Shown here in pieces: positions 45,197 through 54,559 of a DNA stretch of 64,000 nt; position 1 is the first letter of the stretch; every line of letters starts with the position of its first letter. Origin of the DNA: an uncultured Actinomycetes bacterium (GTDB lineage Bacteria > Actinomycetota > Thermoleophilia > Gaiellales > Gaiellaceae); NCBI GenBank assembly GCA_963809075.1, contig CAWEIM010000015.1, positions 20,465 through 84,464 on the forward strand, written 5' to 3'. The translations under genes and the position numbers were made by a program. The notes beneath the pieces were generated by a model, which saw nothing but the letters and a program-made list of their open reading frames with translations, did not search any database and was not told the DNA's origin.

Positions 45197-46544
45197 GCGA
45201 CGGGCAGGGGCTCGTCGAGCGGATCTGGGCGCGCGACACCTCCGTCTGGACCGGCTCGGACGAGGATCAGTGGCTCGGTTGGCTGGACGAGCCGTTCCGG
45301 GAGCTCGACCTGTCCGCCGCGCCGGTCGGCGAGTACGAGCACTACGTCCTGCTCGGAATGGGCGGCTCGAGCCTGGCGCCGGAGGTCTTCCGGCGCAGCT
45401 TCGACGCGGCCAACTTCCACGTCCTCGACACGACGCATCCCAAGGCGATCCGGCGGCTGCAGGAGTCGATCGACGTCGCGCGCACCTTCTTCGTCGCCTC
45501 CTCCAAGTCGGGCACGACGCTGGAGACGCGCTCGCATCTCGAGCACTTCTGGGAGCTGGCCGGGCCAGAACCCGGAGCAGTTCGCCGTCGTCACCGATCC
45601 CGGCTCCGAGCTCGAGGCGCTCGCGCAGGAGCGAGAGCTTCCACGCGGTCTTCCACGGCGAGCCGTCGATCGGCGGCCGTTACTCGGCGCTCTCGGCCTT
45701 CGGGCTCGTCGCGGCCGCGCTGATCGGCGCCGACGTCGACCGCATCCGCGACGCGCGCGCGCGAGATGGCGCAGGCGTGCCGCGCCGAGCAGGACAACCC
45801 GGGCCTCCAGCTCGGTGCTCCAGTTCGGCGAACGGCTGGCAGGACGGACGCGACAAGATCTGCATCGAGGACACGCCCGGCGGATTCGGCCTGTGGGCCG
45901 AGCAGCTGATCGCGGAATCCACCGGCAAGGAGGGCAAGGGGCTCGTCCCAGCTCCTGGCGAGTCGCCGGCCGGGCCCGACCGGCAGCGAGCCGAGGTGCG
46001 GCTCGGCGACCCGTACGACCTCGGCGCCGAGTTCTTCCGCTGGGAGTTCGCGACCGCGGTCGCCGGCTCGATCCTCGGGATCAACGCCTTCAACCAGCCG
46101 GACGTCCAGTCCGCCAAGGACCGGACGAACCAGATCCTCGGCGCGCGGCGAGGATCCCGACGTCGCGCCGACGGGCTCGCTGGACGAACTGCTGGACGGG
46201 GCGGAGGAGCGCGACTACGTCTGCGTCCAGGCCTTCGTCGATCCGACCGACGAGAACGAGGCGCGGATCATGGAGCTCGTGCAGACGCATCCGCGGGCCG
46301 CACGGGCTGCGTGACGACGCACGGCTTCGGGCCGCGCTACCTGCACTCCACCGGTCAGCTGCACAAGGGCGGCCCTCCGATCGGCCGCTTCGTCCAGGTC
46401 GTCGACGACATCGGCGACGAGATCCCGATCCCCGGCAAGGACTTCGGCTTCGGCAAGCTGATCTGCGCCCAGGCGGCCGGCGACTTCGCCTCGCTGCAGG
46501 AGCGCGGCCGTCCCATCGTTCGAATCAGATTGGAGGACATCTAG
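45193..46544 (+). pseudogene. pgi: Glucose-6-phosphate isomerase (short type that follows tal); at least five or six frame breaks
   Basis: The ATG overlaps the tal stop (ATGA). The pieces are MSDGQGLVERIWARDTSVWTG...LLGMGGSSLAPEVF...FFVASSKSGTTLETRSH / FAVVTDPGSELE / FHGEPSIGGRYSALSAFGLV / FGLWAEQLIAESTGKEGKGLVP...INAFNQPDVQ / DYVCVQAF / THGFGPRYLHSTGQLHKGGP...RIRLEDI*. Confidence 0.8.
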
Positions 46545-47529
46545 ATGCAACTCGGAATGGTGGGGCTGGGGCGCATGGGCGCGGGCATGACCGACCGCCT
46601 GCGCGAGCGCGGGCACGACCTGAAGACCTACGACCCGAACGTCGAGTCGACGGCGGGCTCGCTCGAGGAGCTCGTCCAGCAGCTCGACAAGCCGCGCTCG
46701 GTCTGGATGATGGTGCCGGCCGCGATCGTGGACGGGATCATCGCCGACCTCGCGCCGCATCTGGAGGAGGGCGACACGATCATCGACGGCGGCAACTCGT
46801 ACTACATCGACGATCTCCGGCGCTCCGGCGAGCTCTCCGGGAAGGGACTGCACTACCTCGACATCGGCGTCTCCGGCGGCGTCTGGGGGCTGGAGCGCGG
46901 CTTCTGCATGATGGTCGGCGGCGACGAGGAGGCGGTCGAGCGGCTCGAGCCCGTCCTCGACGACCTCGCGCCGGGCATCGACGCCGCCGAGCGGACACCG
47001 GGACGTGAAGGCGATCCCAGCGCAGCCGGAGAAGGGCTGGCTCCACTGCGGCCCGAGCGGCGCAGGGCACTTCGTCAAGATGGTCCACAACGGGATCGAG
47101 TACGGGATCATGCAGGCCTACGCGGAAGGGCTGAACGTCCTCAAGCACGCGAACGTCGGCAACACGCAGCAGGAGGCGGACGCCGAGACCGCTCCGCTCC
47201 GCGATCCCGACCACTACCGCTACGACCTCGACCTGGCTGCCGTGACGGAGGTATGGCGGCGCGGAAGCGTGATCTCGTCCTGGCTGCTCGACCTGACCGC
47301 CGCCGCGCTCGTCGATAGCCCGACCCTGGACGGCTTCGCGGGCCGCGTCTCCGACTCGGGCGAGGGCCGCTGGACGCTCCACGCCGCGATCGACGAGTCC
47401 GTGCCCGCTCCGGTGCTCTCGGCGGCCCTGTACGAGCGCTTCGACTCGCGCGGCGAGGCCGAGTTCGCCAACAGGCTCCTGTCCGCCATGCGGCACGCCT
47501 TCGGCGGCCACCTCGAGAAGCAGGCATGA
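46545..47529 (+). pseudogene. gnd: 6-phosphogluconate dehydrogenase (short, decarboxylating, Gnd-like); one frame break at 47000-47002
   Basis: MQLGMVGLGRMGAGM, IIDGGNSYY, DIGVSGGVWG. The next frame reads [33 protein letters not shown]. One G is missing from a run. Confidence 0.85.
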
Positions 47530-49048
47530 CGCTCGCGCCCGCGCAGGAGCTGGAGAGAACCCCCTCCTCGAGGGGCTCGGCCTCGCACGGACGCCGGAGT
47601 CCTGCGCGCTCGTCATCTTCGGCGCCTCCGGCGACCTGACGCACAAGAAGCTCTTCCCGGCGCTCTACTCGCTCGCGTTCCGCCAGCTGCCTCCCGCGCA
47701 ATTTCGCCGTGCTCGGCGTCGCTCGCACGGAGGGCAGCGACGAGGAATTCCGCGAGGACATGAAGGCGGCCGTCCAGGAGCACGGGCGCGATCCGTTCCG
47801 CGAGGACATCTGGGAGACCCTGGCCGAAGCGATGCGCTACCTCGACATGGACTTCGCCGACGACGCGAGCTGGACCAAGGTCACGAGGACGCTCGCGGAC
47901 ATGGACAAGAACCTCGGGACGGGCGGCAACCGCGTCTACTACTTCGCCGTCCCGCCGTCGGTGATCGGCACGCTCGTCGAGGAGATCGGCAACCGGCGCG
48001 CGAAGGACGGCTGGAACCGGCTCGTGATCGAGAAGCCGTTCGGCCATGACCTCGAGTCGGCCCAGGAGCTGAACGCCCTGCTCGCCAAGGAGTTCGACGA
48101 GTCCGAGGTCTTCCGCATCGACCACTACCTCGGCAAGGAGACCGTCCAGAACATGCTGGCGCTGCGGTTCGCGAACGGCATCTTCGAGCCGGTCTGGAAC
48201 CGCCAGTTCATCGACCACGTCCAGATCACCGTCGCCGAGTCGATCGGGATCGAGAACCGCGCCGCGTACTACGAGCAGGCGGGCGTCATCCGCGACGTCT
48301 TCCAGAACCACCTGCTGCAGCTGGTCGCGCTGACCGCGATGGAGCCGCCGATCGACTTCAGCGCGGAATCGGTCCGCAACGAGAAGGTCAAGGTGCTGCG
48401 CTCGTTGCACACGCCGGTCCCAAGCACGTCGTTCGTGGCCAGTACGGGAACGGCTGGATCGAGGGCGAGGAGGTGCCGGGCTACCGCGACGAGGCGGACG
48501 TCGCGCCCGACTCGATCACCGACACCTTCATCGCCGCGAAGCTCTTCGTCGACAACTGGCGCTGGGCGGACACGCCCTTCTACGTCCGCGCGGGAAAGCG
48601 GCTCGCGCGCCGCGAGACCACGATCGCGATCCAGTTCCAGCGCGCGCCGCACCCGCCCTTCGAGGCGATCGCCGGCGAGGGGCTGCGGCCGAACGTCCTC
48701 GTCGTCCACATCCAGCCGGACGAGGGCGTGTCTCTGTCGATCGGCGCCAAGGTGCCGGGCGCGGGGATGACCATCCGGCCTGTGCACATGGACTTCCTCT
48801 ACGGCGGTACCTTCCGCACCGGGATTCCGGAGGCGTACGAGCGCCTGATCCTCGACGTCATGCTCGGCGACCAGACGCTGTTCACGCGCGCGGACGAGGT
48901 GAACGAGGAGTGGTCGCTCGTGGACGCGATCGTCGCTTTCTGGCGGCGCGACAAGCCCGTCTTCCCGAACTACGCGGCCGGGACGTGGGGCCCGCTCGCG
49001 TCGGACGATCTGATCCGGCGCGACGGTCGCACCTGGCGCCGCTACTGA
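47526..49048 (+). pseudogene. zwf: Glucose-6-phosphate dehydrogenase; three frame breaks (about 47555, 47702-47704, 48425)
   Basis: The ATG overlaps the gnd stop (ATGA). VIFGASGDLTHKKLFPALY is in a shifted frame between two compensating indels. EKPFGHD, RIDHYLGKE and DVFQNHLLQL follow. The C-terminal GYRDE...TPFYVRAGKRL...PNYAAGTWGP is in a third frame. Confidence 0.85.
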
Positions 49049-49050
49049 CG

Positions 49051-49935
49051 ATGGCCGCCGAGACGACGCACGTCGACGAGTGGCACGGCGAGGACGTGTC
49101 GCTGTCCGAGGTGCAGGCGCGGCTTGGCCAGATGCGGACCTCGGCGGCGAACGGCCACTCCGACCTGCGGACGAGCGTGATGACCCACACGGCGTGGGTA
49201 CCGAAGAGCTGGCTGGAGGCGGCACGGGGCACGCTCGCGGGCCTGTCGGAGGCCCATCCATCGCGAACGATCCTGCTCGTTCCCGATCCCGACGCCGAAC
49301 GAGACGCGATCGACGCAAGCGTCTCGGTGTTCTGCTTCAACCTCGAGAGTGAGACGCGGCACGTCTGTTCCGAGGTGGTCGAGCTCCACCTCTGCGGCTC
49401 GCGGGCCGAGTCTCCGGCCAGCGTGGTCGAGCCCCTGCTGATCTCCGATCTGCCGGTCTTCTCGCGCTGGCGCGGGCGCCCTCCGTTCGGGAGTCGCGTG
49501 CTCGACGAGATGGTGCACGTGGTCGACCGGCTGATCGTCGATTCGAGCGAGTGGGACGACCTGCCCGCGGGCTACGGCGAGCTGGCGGACCGCTTCGACC
49601 ACACCGCCATCTCGGACATCGCCTACCGCCGCTCCCTCCACTGGCGCGTGCTCTTGGCCGAGCTGTGGCCGACGATCGCCGATGTTAACGAGATCGGCGT
49701 GAAGGGGCCGGAGGCCGATGCGCTCCTGATCGCGGGCTGGCTGCGCTCCCGTCTCGACCGCAAGATCGCGCTCGAGCACGAGGAGTCGGACGAGCTGCGC
49801 GAGGTCACGGTCGACGGCGACTCGGTCGGCATGCCGCGTGGAGACCCTCCCGACGCGAGCCAGCTCCTGTCCGCCGAGCTCGACCAGTTCGGCCGCGATC
49901 CGATCTACGAAGCGGCCGTGCGCGCGACGGGATGA
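49051..49935 (+). CDS. opcA: Glucose-6-phosphate dehydrogenase assembly protein OpcA
   Basis: 294 aa immediately after zwf: ...RTSVMTHTAWVP...SRTILLVPDPD...EVVELHLCG...LLISDLPVFSRWRG.... Confidence 0.8.
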   Translation: MAAETTHVDEWHGEDVSLSEVQARLGQMRTSAANGHSDLRTSVMTHTAWVPKSWLEAARGTLAGLSEAHPSRTILLVPDPDAERDAIDASVSVFCFNLESETRHVCSEVVELHLCGSRAESPASVVEPLLISDLPVFSRWRGRPPFGSRVLDEMVHVVDRLIVDSSEWDDLPAGYGELADRFDHTAISDIAYRRSLHWRVLLAELWPTIADVNEIGVKGPEADALLIAGWLRSRLDRKIALEHEESDELREVTVDGDSVGMPRGDPPDASQLLSAELDQFGRDPIYEAAVRATG

Positions 49936-50144
49936 CGTCCTCGGCGAAGGTCGCCGCCGTCGTTGCCCTCGCGGCCGTAGGCGGCGGGATCTTCGCCGGC
50001 ATCGACCTTCGCCGAGGGGCGGCGGTGAAGCCGCCGGCGCGGGCAAAGGTTCACGAGGCGCCGATGGGGCCGGTCCACGGCCTGATGCTCGCCCCGCTGG
50101 CCGACCCGGACGGCCGCGTCCCGACGGCCGATCTCAGCCGTTAA
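49932..50144 (+). CDS. Small hypothetical protein (70 aa) with an N-terminal hydrophobic anchor
   Basis: The ATG overlaps the opcA stop (ATGA). It begins MTSSAKVAAVVALAAVGGGIFAGI.... It is not a 6-phosphogluconolactonase. Confidence 0.45.
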   Translation: MTSSAKVAAVVALAAVGGGIFAGIDLRRGAAVKPPARAKVHEAPMGPVHGLMLAPLADPDGRVPTADLSR

Positions 50145-50249
50145 GCGTTTTCTCGCCCTGATTACGGGGAGCCGCAGCTTCGAGCTCGATCGCACACGGG
50201 CGCTCCGGCTCGCGAAGGCGCTCCGATCCATCCCCGCCTGATAGCGCTA

Positions 50250-50255
50250 TATCGT
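50250..50255 (+). promoter_or_regulatory. Candidate -10 box (TATCGT) 6 nt before GTG 50262; leaderless candidate
   Basis: Same hexamer as the one before gabT. No Shine-Dalgarno sequence. Confidence 0.4.
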
Positions 50256-50261
50256 CCGGCC

Positions 50262-51401
50262 GTGGCCGGGCCTGCGACGTCCCGCGTCGGAATCGGCGTC
50301 ATCCTGCTGGGTGCGAGCTTCGGCTACGGCGCTGGCGTCGTCGGGCCGGCTGCGGCTTCCGTCGCCAAGGAGTTCGACGTGTCTCTGACCGAAGCGGGGC
50401 TGATGACGTCCGTCTTCTTCATAGCGATCGCTGCGTTCTCGCTCGTCGGTTCCGCGGCCGAGGAGCGGCTGGGGATCCCTTGGAGCGCGCGCTTGGCCTC
50501 GATCTGCATGGGGCTTGGCGGCCTCATCGGCGCGATTGCGCCGGCGTTCGCCGTCCTGCTTGTCGGCCGCGCCTTCGCCGGGCTGGGCACCGGAATCGCG
50601 CTCATCGCCTGCCCTGTCGTCGCACGAGCGCTCGGGAGCGTGCTGCTGCTCGGCGTGTACGGGGGCGGAATCATGATCGGACTCGCTGCATCGCTCTTCG
50701 TGGGCGGTGAGCTCGCCGAGGCAGGCGTCGACTGGCGCGTGAACTTCGGGATCTCGGCGGCGATCGGAATCGCCGCGCTCCCGTTCCTGTTTGGCGACAT
50801 GCCCGCCGTCCAGCACATGCGCCGCGTGGGCGCCGCAGGGGTGAAGAAGCTCCTGCTCGGGTGGCGCTTCTGGTGGGCCGACGCACTGTTCGTCTTCGTC
50901 AACGCGGTGCCGGTCATTGTCGGCGCGTGGCTGCTCCATTACCTCACGATCCACCACGGGATCGGGCCCGGCATCGCCGGCGCGCTCGGCTTCGTGCTCT
51001 TCGGCGTCCAGGCGATCGGGAGGCCGCTCAGCGGGAAGCTCGCCACCTCGCGCCATCGCCGCATCCTGCTTTCGACCGTGGGGCCGGCGCTCGCCGCCGG
51101 CGGGCTCCTCGCGCTCGCGCTGGATCGGACCGAGGGTGTGGCGGCGGTCGGGATCATCGCCCTCGGTTTCGGCTTCGGCCTTCCCTACGCGATCGCCTAC
51201 CAGCGAATCGAGGACCTGATCGAGGGGAATCCGGAGCTCGGGCTCGCCGTCGGGCTCCAGGGCGTCAACTTCTCGGCGATCGTGGTCGTGCCGCTCGTCG
51301 GTGCCGCGCTCGAGCACGGCTACGGAAGGCTGTCCTTCCTCCTCCTCGCCGCCTTCTGCGCGCTCGTCGGCGCGGTCAACTTCATCGCCCGTACAGACTG
51401 A
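50262..51401 (+). CDS. MFS transporter
   Basis: Intact, 379 aa, about 12 TM helices (VGRAFAGLGTGIALIACP...). Confidence 0.75.
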   Translation: MAGPATSRVGIGVILLGASFGYGAGVVGPAAASVAKEFDVSLTEAGLMTSVFFIAIAAFSLVGSAAEERLGIPWSARLASICMGLGGLIGAIAPAFAVLLVGRAFAGLGTGIALIACPVVARALGSVLLLGVYGGGIMIGLAASLFVGGELAEAGVDWRVNFGISAAIGIAALPFLFGDMPAVQHMRRVGAAGVKKLLLGWRFWWADALFVFVNAVPVIVGAWLLHYLTIHHGIGPGIAGALGFVLFGVQAIGRPLSGKLATSRHRRILLSTVGPALAAGGLLALALDRTEGVAAVGIIALGFGFGLPYAIAYQRIEDLIEGNPELGLAVGLQGVNFSAIVVVPLVGAALEHGYGRLSFLLLAAFCALVGAVNFIARTD

Positions 51402-52492
51402 TCCCGGCTGCGAGCACCCGCGCGTCGTCGCCGGGACGGCCGACCAGCTGCAGCGAGGCGGGGAGCCCGTCCTCGGCCGGGCCGCATGGCAGCGCGAGCG
51501 CGGGCCAGCCCGTGTCGTTGAAGGCGCGGGTGAAGTGAGTCATACGGGTGCGCACCGGCTCGTTCCAGGTCGCCCCGACCTCGGGAGCGACGAAGGGGAG
51601 GGTGGGGACGATCAGGAGGTCGAGGTCGCCTAGCGCCTCGAAGCGCCTGCTCACGGTAGAGCTCGCGCGTGGCGGCTGCCTGCTCGCGCGCGCTCCGCTG
51701 TGACCGCGAGGCAGTCCTCGACCTTGTCGGCGACGTCCGCTCCGTACAGGTCGCGGTTCTCCGCGAAGAGCTCACCGTGAACGTCGGCGACCTCCGCCAT
51801 GAAGCCCGGAAAGACGCCGTGCGGAACGGGGAAGTCGATCTCGCCCCGATGCGGGAAACGTCCGGCGGTCTCCTGGATGCGCTCGCGGACGAGTGGGTCA
51901 CATCCGTCGAGCCACGCGACTCCGATGCTTACGTCGTCGAGCGCGATACCTCGGTGGGGCGGAACCCGGGCGCCAGCACCTCCATCATCGCGACGCAGTC
52001 CGCCACCGTCTTCGCCATCGGGCCGACGTGATCCCAGCTCGGAGCGAGCGGAAAGCAGCCCTCGAGCGAGACGAGGCCGTACGTTGGCTTGAAGCCGACG
52101 ATCCCGCAGCAGGCCGCGGGAATGCGGATCGAGCCGCCCGAATCGGTTCCGAGCGCGGTGTCGGCGAGCCCGGCTGCGAGGGCGGCCGCGGACCCACCGC
52201 TCGAGCCGCCGGCGATCCTCCCATCCCGCAATGGGTTCGGAACCGTGCCGAAGTGCGGGTTCTCCGACGTGACCCCGTAGGCGAACTCGTGCAGGTTGGT
52301 CTTCCCGATGTTCGCGTAGCCGGCCTCCTCGAGCAGGCGCACGGCCTCGGCCGTTCGGGCCGGCACGTGGTCGGCGAAGAGCGCGGAGCCGTAGGTCGTG
52401 GTCAGCCCGGCGGTGTCGAACAGGTCCTTGACGGCGAGCGAGATGCCCGCGGCGGGCTGCTCGGGCCGCGCGAGGAATATCCCGTCGGTCAT
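51382..52492 (-). pseudogene. Amidase-signature family enzyme (GatA-like amidase); two frame breaks (about 51935 and 51660)
   Basis: MTDGIFLARPE...LAVKDLFDTAG, KTNLHEFAYG, AGGSSGGSAAALAAG and GTDSGGSIRIPAACCG. The middle piece (...VADVHGELF...) and the C-terminal piece (...LLIVPTLPFVAPE...LPASLQLVGRPGDD) lie in other frames. Confidence 0.8.
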
Positions 52493-52495
52493 GCT
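52490..52495 (+). promoter_or_regulatory. Candidate -10-like hexamer (CATGCT) 7 nt before ATG 52503, overlapping the divergent amidase start codon
   Basis: Only 10 nt separate the two divergent start codons (52492 and 52503). The region CATGCTTGCAGGCATG is nearly symmetric. Confidence 0.25.
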
Positions 52496-52502
52496 TGCAG
52501 GC

Positions 52503-53204
52503 ATGCGTGTCCGCGACCTTAACTGGATGCAGCTCGAGGACTATCTGGAAGGCGACGACCGAATCGTCCTCCCGCTCGGCTCGACCGAGCAGCACGCGTA
52601 CCTGTCGCTCGAGACGGACAACATCCTGGCCGAGCGTGTCTCGGTCGAGGCCGCCGAGCCGCTCGGCGTCCCGGTGCTGCCCGTGCTCGCCTACGGGATC
52701 ACGCCGCTCTTCGCGACGTATCCCGGCAGCCCGAGCCTGAGCGCCGAGACGTACCTGCGCGTGGTGCACGAGCTGCTCGACTCGCTCTTCGTGCAGGGCT
52801 TCCGGCGCGTCCTGCTCGTCAACGGGCACGGCGGCAACATGCCGGCCCGGCAGGCGGCGAACGAGTGGATGGCCGCGAACGAGGGGGCGCAGGCGATCTT
52901 CCACGACTGGTGGATCGGGCCGGAGGCAGCCGCCGCGGTTCGCGAGATCGAGCCCGCTGCGCACGCCTCGTGGATGGAGAACTTCCCCTGGACGCGGCTG
53001 GCAGGCGTCGAGCTGCCCGCCGAGCCGAAAGCGTCGCTCGATCTCGCCGCGTTGCGTGCGCGCGGGCCGGCTGCCGTGCGCGCGCTGCTCGGAGACGGAT
53101 CGTTCGGGGGGACATACCAGCGCTCCGACGAGGAAGTGATGCGCGTCTGGGAGGCGGGCGTGGCGGAGGTGCGGTCTTTGCTCGAGTCCGGATGGGCCTC
53201 GTGA
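52503..53204 (+). CDS. Creatininase-family amidohydrolase
   Basis: VLPLGSTEQHAYLSLETD, LPVLAYG, VLLVNGHGGN. Confidence 0.75.
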   Translation: MRVRDLNWMQLEDYLEGDDRIVLPLGSTEQHAYLSLETDNILAERVSVEAAEPLGVPVLPVLAYGITPLFATYPGSPSLSAETYLRVVHELLDSLFVQGFRRVLLVNGHGGNMPARQAANEWMAANEGAQAIFHDWWIGPEAAAAVREIEPAAHASWMENFPWTRLAGVELPAEPKASLDLAALRARGPAAVRALLGDGSFGGTYQRSDEEVMRVWEAGVAEVRSLLESGWAS

Positions 53205-54103
53205 TCGAGGTCCGTCGCGCTATTTCCGACGACGAGATCGCGACGTTCCTGAAGACCGGCCCGAAGATCTTTCCGGGCACGCCGACGCTCGAGGGCTTTC
53301 GACACAGGGAGCGAACCTGGGGGTCGGTCAATCTGCTGTCGTTGGTGGACGGCTCGCCGGCGGGGATCGGCTGGACGGGGCCGGTTCAGCAGTCAGGCCT
53401 CTGGTGCGGGTTCGGCGTCGTGCCGGAATCGCGGCGGCAGGGCGCCGGCAGCGCGCTGTACGAGGGCTTGTCTGACGTGGCGCGCGAGCGTGGCCTGGAC
53501 GGCTTGCTCCTCGAGGTGCTCCAGTCGGATTCTGATTCCCTGGCGTGGGTCGAGCGGCGCGGTTTCACCGAGATCGAGCGGCAGGAGGCGCTCGCGCTCG
53601 ACCTCACGGCGCACGAGCCTGCGGAAGTGACGCCGCCCGAGGGGATCGAGCTCGTGACGCGCGCAGCACGGCCGGACCTGACGCGCGAGATGTACGACGT
53701 CGGCGTGGAGGCAGCCCGGGACATACCTGGGCTCGACGGCGGGAACGATCCCAGCTTCGAATCGTGGGCCGCGTTCGAGATCGAGCGTCCGAGCCGCGAC
53801 CCGGAGCTGTGCTTCATCGCGCTCGCCGGCGGGAGGGTGGTCGGCTTCGCATCGCTCGACGTGTTCCCGGACGACGTCTTCCACGGCCTGACGGCTGTCG
53901 CGCGAGATTGGCGTGGACGCGGCGTTGGCGCGGCGCTCAAGCGGTCGCAGATCGAGGCTGCGAAGACGCGCGGCTTTCCGCGGCTGCTGACCGAGAGCCA
54001 GCACGAGAACGAGCCGATGCGGCGGCTGAACGAGAGGCTCGGGTTTCGCCCGGAGCCCAGCATGTCCACCATCGTCCTTCGCGGCCCGCTGGCCGGGGAC
54101 TGA
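53192..54103 (+). CDS. Two-domain GNAT N-acetyltransferase
   Basis: GVVPESRRQGAGSALYEG and TAVARDWRGRGVGAALKRSQIE...NEPMRRLNERLGF. The alternative start GTG 53201 would overlap the upstream stop (GTGA). Confidence 0.75.
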   Translation: MGLVIEVRRAISDDEIATFLKTGPKIFPGTPTLEGFRHRERTWGSVNLLSLVDGSPAGIGWTGPVQQSGLWCGFGVVPESRRQGAGSALYEGLSDVARERGLDGLLLEVLQSDSDSLAWVERRGFTEIERQEALALDLTAHEPAEVTPPEGIELVTRAARPDLTREMYDVGVEAARDIPGLDGGNDPSFESWAAFEIERPSRDPELCFIALAGGRVVGFASLDVFPDDVFHGLTAVARDWRGRGVGAALKRSQIEAAKTRGFPRLLTESQHENEPMRRLNERLGFRPEPSMSTIVLRGPLAGD

Positions 54104-54120
54104 ACGTCACACAGCCGGCA

Positions 54121-54150
54121 CGGACCCGTTTCCCACGGGTGCGGAATTTC
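54121..54150 (+). terminator. Weak hairpin plus T-rich tail after the GNAT gene
   Basis: ACCCG-TTTCCCA-CGGGT (with two more pairs beyond a mismatch), followed by GGAATTTCTCGTT. Confidence 0.3.
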
Positions 54151-54210
54151 TCGTTAGGGTCGCAGTGGGGAGGAGGCTGGTGGCCCCGGAGGCCAGGGCC
54201 CCAGGCGGGC

Positions 54211-54429
54211 TCAGTGGCGCGGGCGGCCTTCGTCGGCGGGCGGCACGTAGTTCGGCGGGATGTTGCCGTGAGTCGGTATTCCTGCCGACTCCGAGATCCA
54301 GCCGCCCTGCGAACTTCCGGTTCCGGTCGCCGCGCTCTGGGCGTCGACGTTCTGGCCGGCGCGCTGCGCATCGCCCTCGACTGGCCGGCGAAACGTCTTG
54401 TGGTACCAGCGCTTCAGACTGGCGAGCAT
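54211..54429 (-). CDS. Hypothetical soluble protein (72 aa), last ORF of the cta string
   Basis: ATG lies 4 nt after the preceding stop, within TGAGGACATG. Third-position GC is high throughout. Sequence: MLASLKRWYHKTFRRPVEGD...GIPTHGNIPPNYVPPADEGRPRH. Confidence 0.45.
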   Translation of the reverse strand: MLASLKRWYHKTFRRPVEGDAQRAGQNVDAQSAATGTGSSQGGWISESAGIPTHGNIPPNYVPPADEGRPRH

Positions 54430-54433
54430 GTCC

Positions 54434-54559
54434 TCAGTCTAGTTGCAGATAGATCAATGCCACGATCACCGTGGCGATGAAGAGCACGACGAAGACGCCG
54501 AACAGCGCCCAACCCAGAAGGGCGTTGCCGCGCTCGAGCTCGCGGTCGTCCTCGGTCAC
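54434..54559 (-). CDS. 41-aa single-TM protein translationally coupled to ctaB
   Basis: The GTG overlaps the ctaB stop (GTGA, 54556-54559). Sequence: VTEDDRELERGNALLGWALFGVFVVLFIATVIVALIYLQLD*. Confidence 0.5.
   Translation of the reverse strand: MTEDDRELERGNALLGWALFGVFVVLFIATVIVALIYLQLD

Noticed and set aside
46515-46530. tRNA T-arm-like GTTCGAATC motif.
   Set aside because: It lies inside the pgi coding sequence (RPIVRIRLEDI). No acceptor, D or anticodon arms can be folded around it. I found no tRNA or rRNA genes in the window.
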